A stretch of 63,105 nt of DNA, filler included, from Nemertoderma westbladi (taxonomy: Eukaryota; Animalia; Xenacoelomorpha): NCBI GenBank assembly GCA_032718475.1. It is 4 parts of 4 records of this genome, joined end to end, with 100 filler letters (N's around TTAATTAATTAA, not from the genome) between each part and the next. Parts side by side here need not be neighbours in the genome. Positions count along the whole stretch, not along the records: positions 53,684 to 63,105 come from JAUCBJ010000314.1; 3 more parts are not named here. The stretch is one strand, 5' to 3'. The notes under the pieces are model-generated. The model was given only the letters and a program-made list of their open reading frames with translations. It was not told the origin of the DNA and searched no databases. Positions 62,446 through 63,105 of the stretch are shown here, one piece after another. The translations under genes were made by a program, and so were the position numbers. How positions within the stretch are numbered: the stretch's first letter is position 1; every line of letters starts with the position of its first letter.

Positions 62446-62577
62446 TCAGTACGCGAAGTACCCAGCATAGTAACGGTTACTAATGACTTAATCCTTACTG
62501 ACCCAACCACCTCACCTCACTGTAACTCGGATAACGGCTGTGCACCATTCACAGGGATCAGTGAATTGTTGTTTTTT

Positions 62578-63105
62578 ATGAAAGTAAATTTTAGCACCAG
62601 AACACATGCTCTAGTATCAACCATGATACTGTAGAAATGACTAGAAAGGCTTAACCACCTTATATGCCAAAAGTATTTCTTGACTCAATGTTTTAATGAG
62701 GGTCTTACACCACAGAGTCTACATGTTAGGCCTCCATTACATTTAAAACGTAGTTATGCCCATAGTGCGGAAATGTCTTACACAAAATTAGGAATATCGA
62801 GATGTAAAGAGTCATTGAGTGAACGTGTAGCGGAAATAGATTCCATTTCCACAGTACTTAATGGTCACTATTTAGATGTTAGTGCTATGTTTGAACATCT
62901 TAAACGTTTTATGAATGATTTCTCTGTAAAGTCATTAGACTTAGGTATCTCCAAAATGAAACGTAAATTAGATTGGTTACGCACTAAACAGAATAAGTTT
63001 AGTAGATCTACCAAGATTATTGTACCTAACACAGTTGTGAATTTAAGTGATCGGTTGTTTAACGACACTGAACAGACAGTCCTGGGTCTGGGCCTTAATT
63101 TTGAA
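62578..63105 (+). mobile_element. Penelope-like element ORF N-terminus, running off the window
   Basis: Manual translation from 62641: ...YFLTQCFNEGLTPQSL...KRKLDWL...VVNLSDRLFNDTEQTVLGLGLNF, typical of the PLE N-terminus; two stops near 62632-62640. Confidence 0.75.

Overview
AT-rich, intron-containing eukaryotic DNA, most likely an invertebrate animal, and dominated by transposable elements. Three 100-bp scaffold gaps each carry an artificial TTAATTAATTAA linker. Two host genes are recognisable, both on the minus strand: a spliced LRR-Ig extracellular protein gene (exons 6478-7127 and 2046-3247, continuing leftwards) and a fibrinogen-domain protein (46715-47611) whose coiled coil is built from a 21-bp minisatellite. 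DNA transposons include an apparently intact Merlin element (28-bp TIRs, 9-bp TSD), decayed P-, Sola-, hAT-, Transib- and Chapaev3-like transposases, and Harbinger-, piggyBac- and Kolobok-like MITEs. Retroelements include a young RTE-type LINE family, CRE-type LINE fragments, a truncated BEL/Pao gag-pol and a Penelope element. Several minisatellites are also present. The most unusual items are: (i) a TSD-flanked ~500-bp foldback element with a hammerhead-ribozyme core in the LRR gene intron; (ii) a multi-copy LTR-like repeat of at least ~4 kb ending CCCTTACA, which carries a tRNA-like Pol III A/B-box segment, a CCAAT/TATA promoter and an upstream CCHC zinc-knuckle ORF; (iii) an ~830-bp inverted repeat enclosing a GC-rich multibranch hairpin. 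All family assignments come from motif recognition by eye, not database searches.
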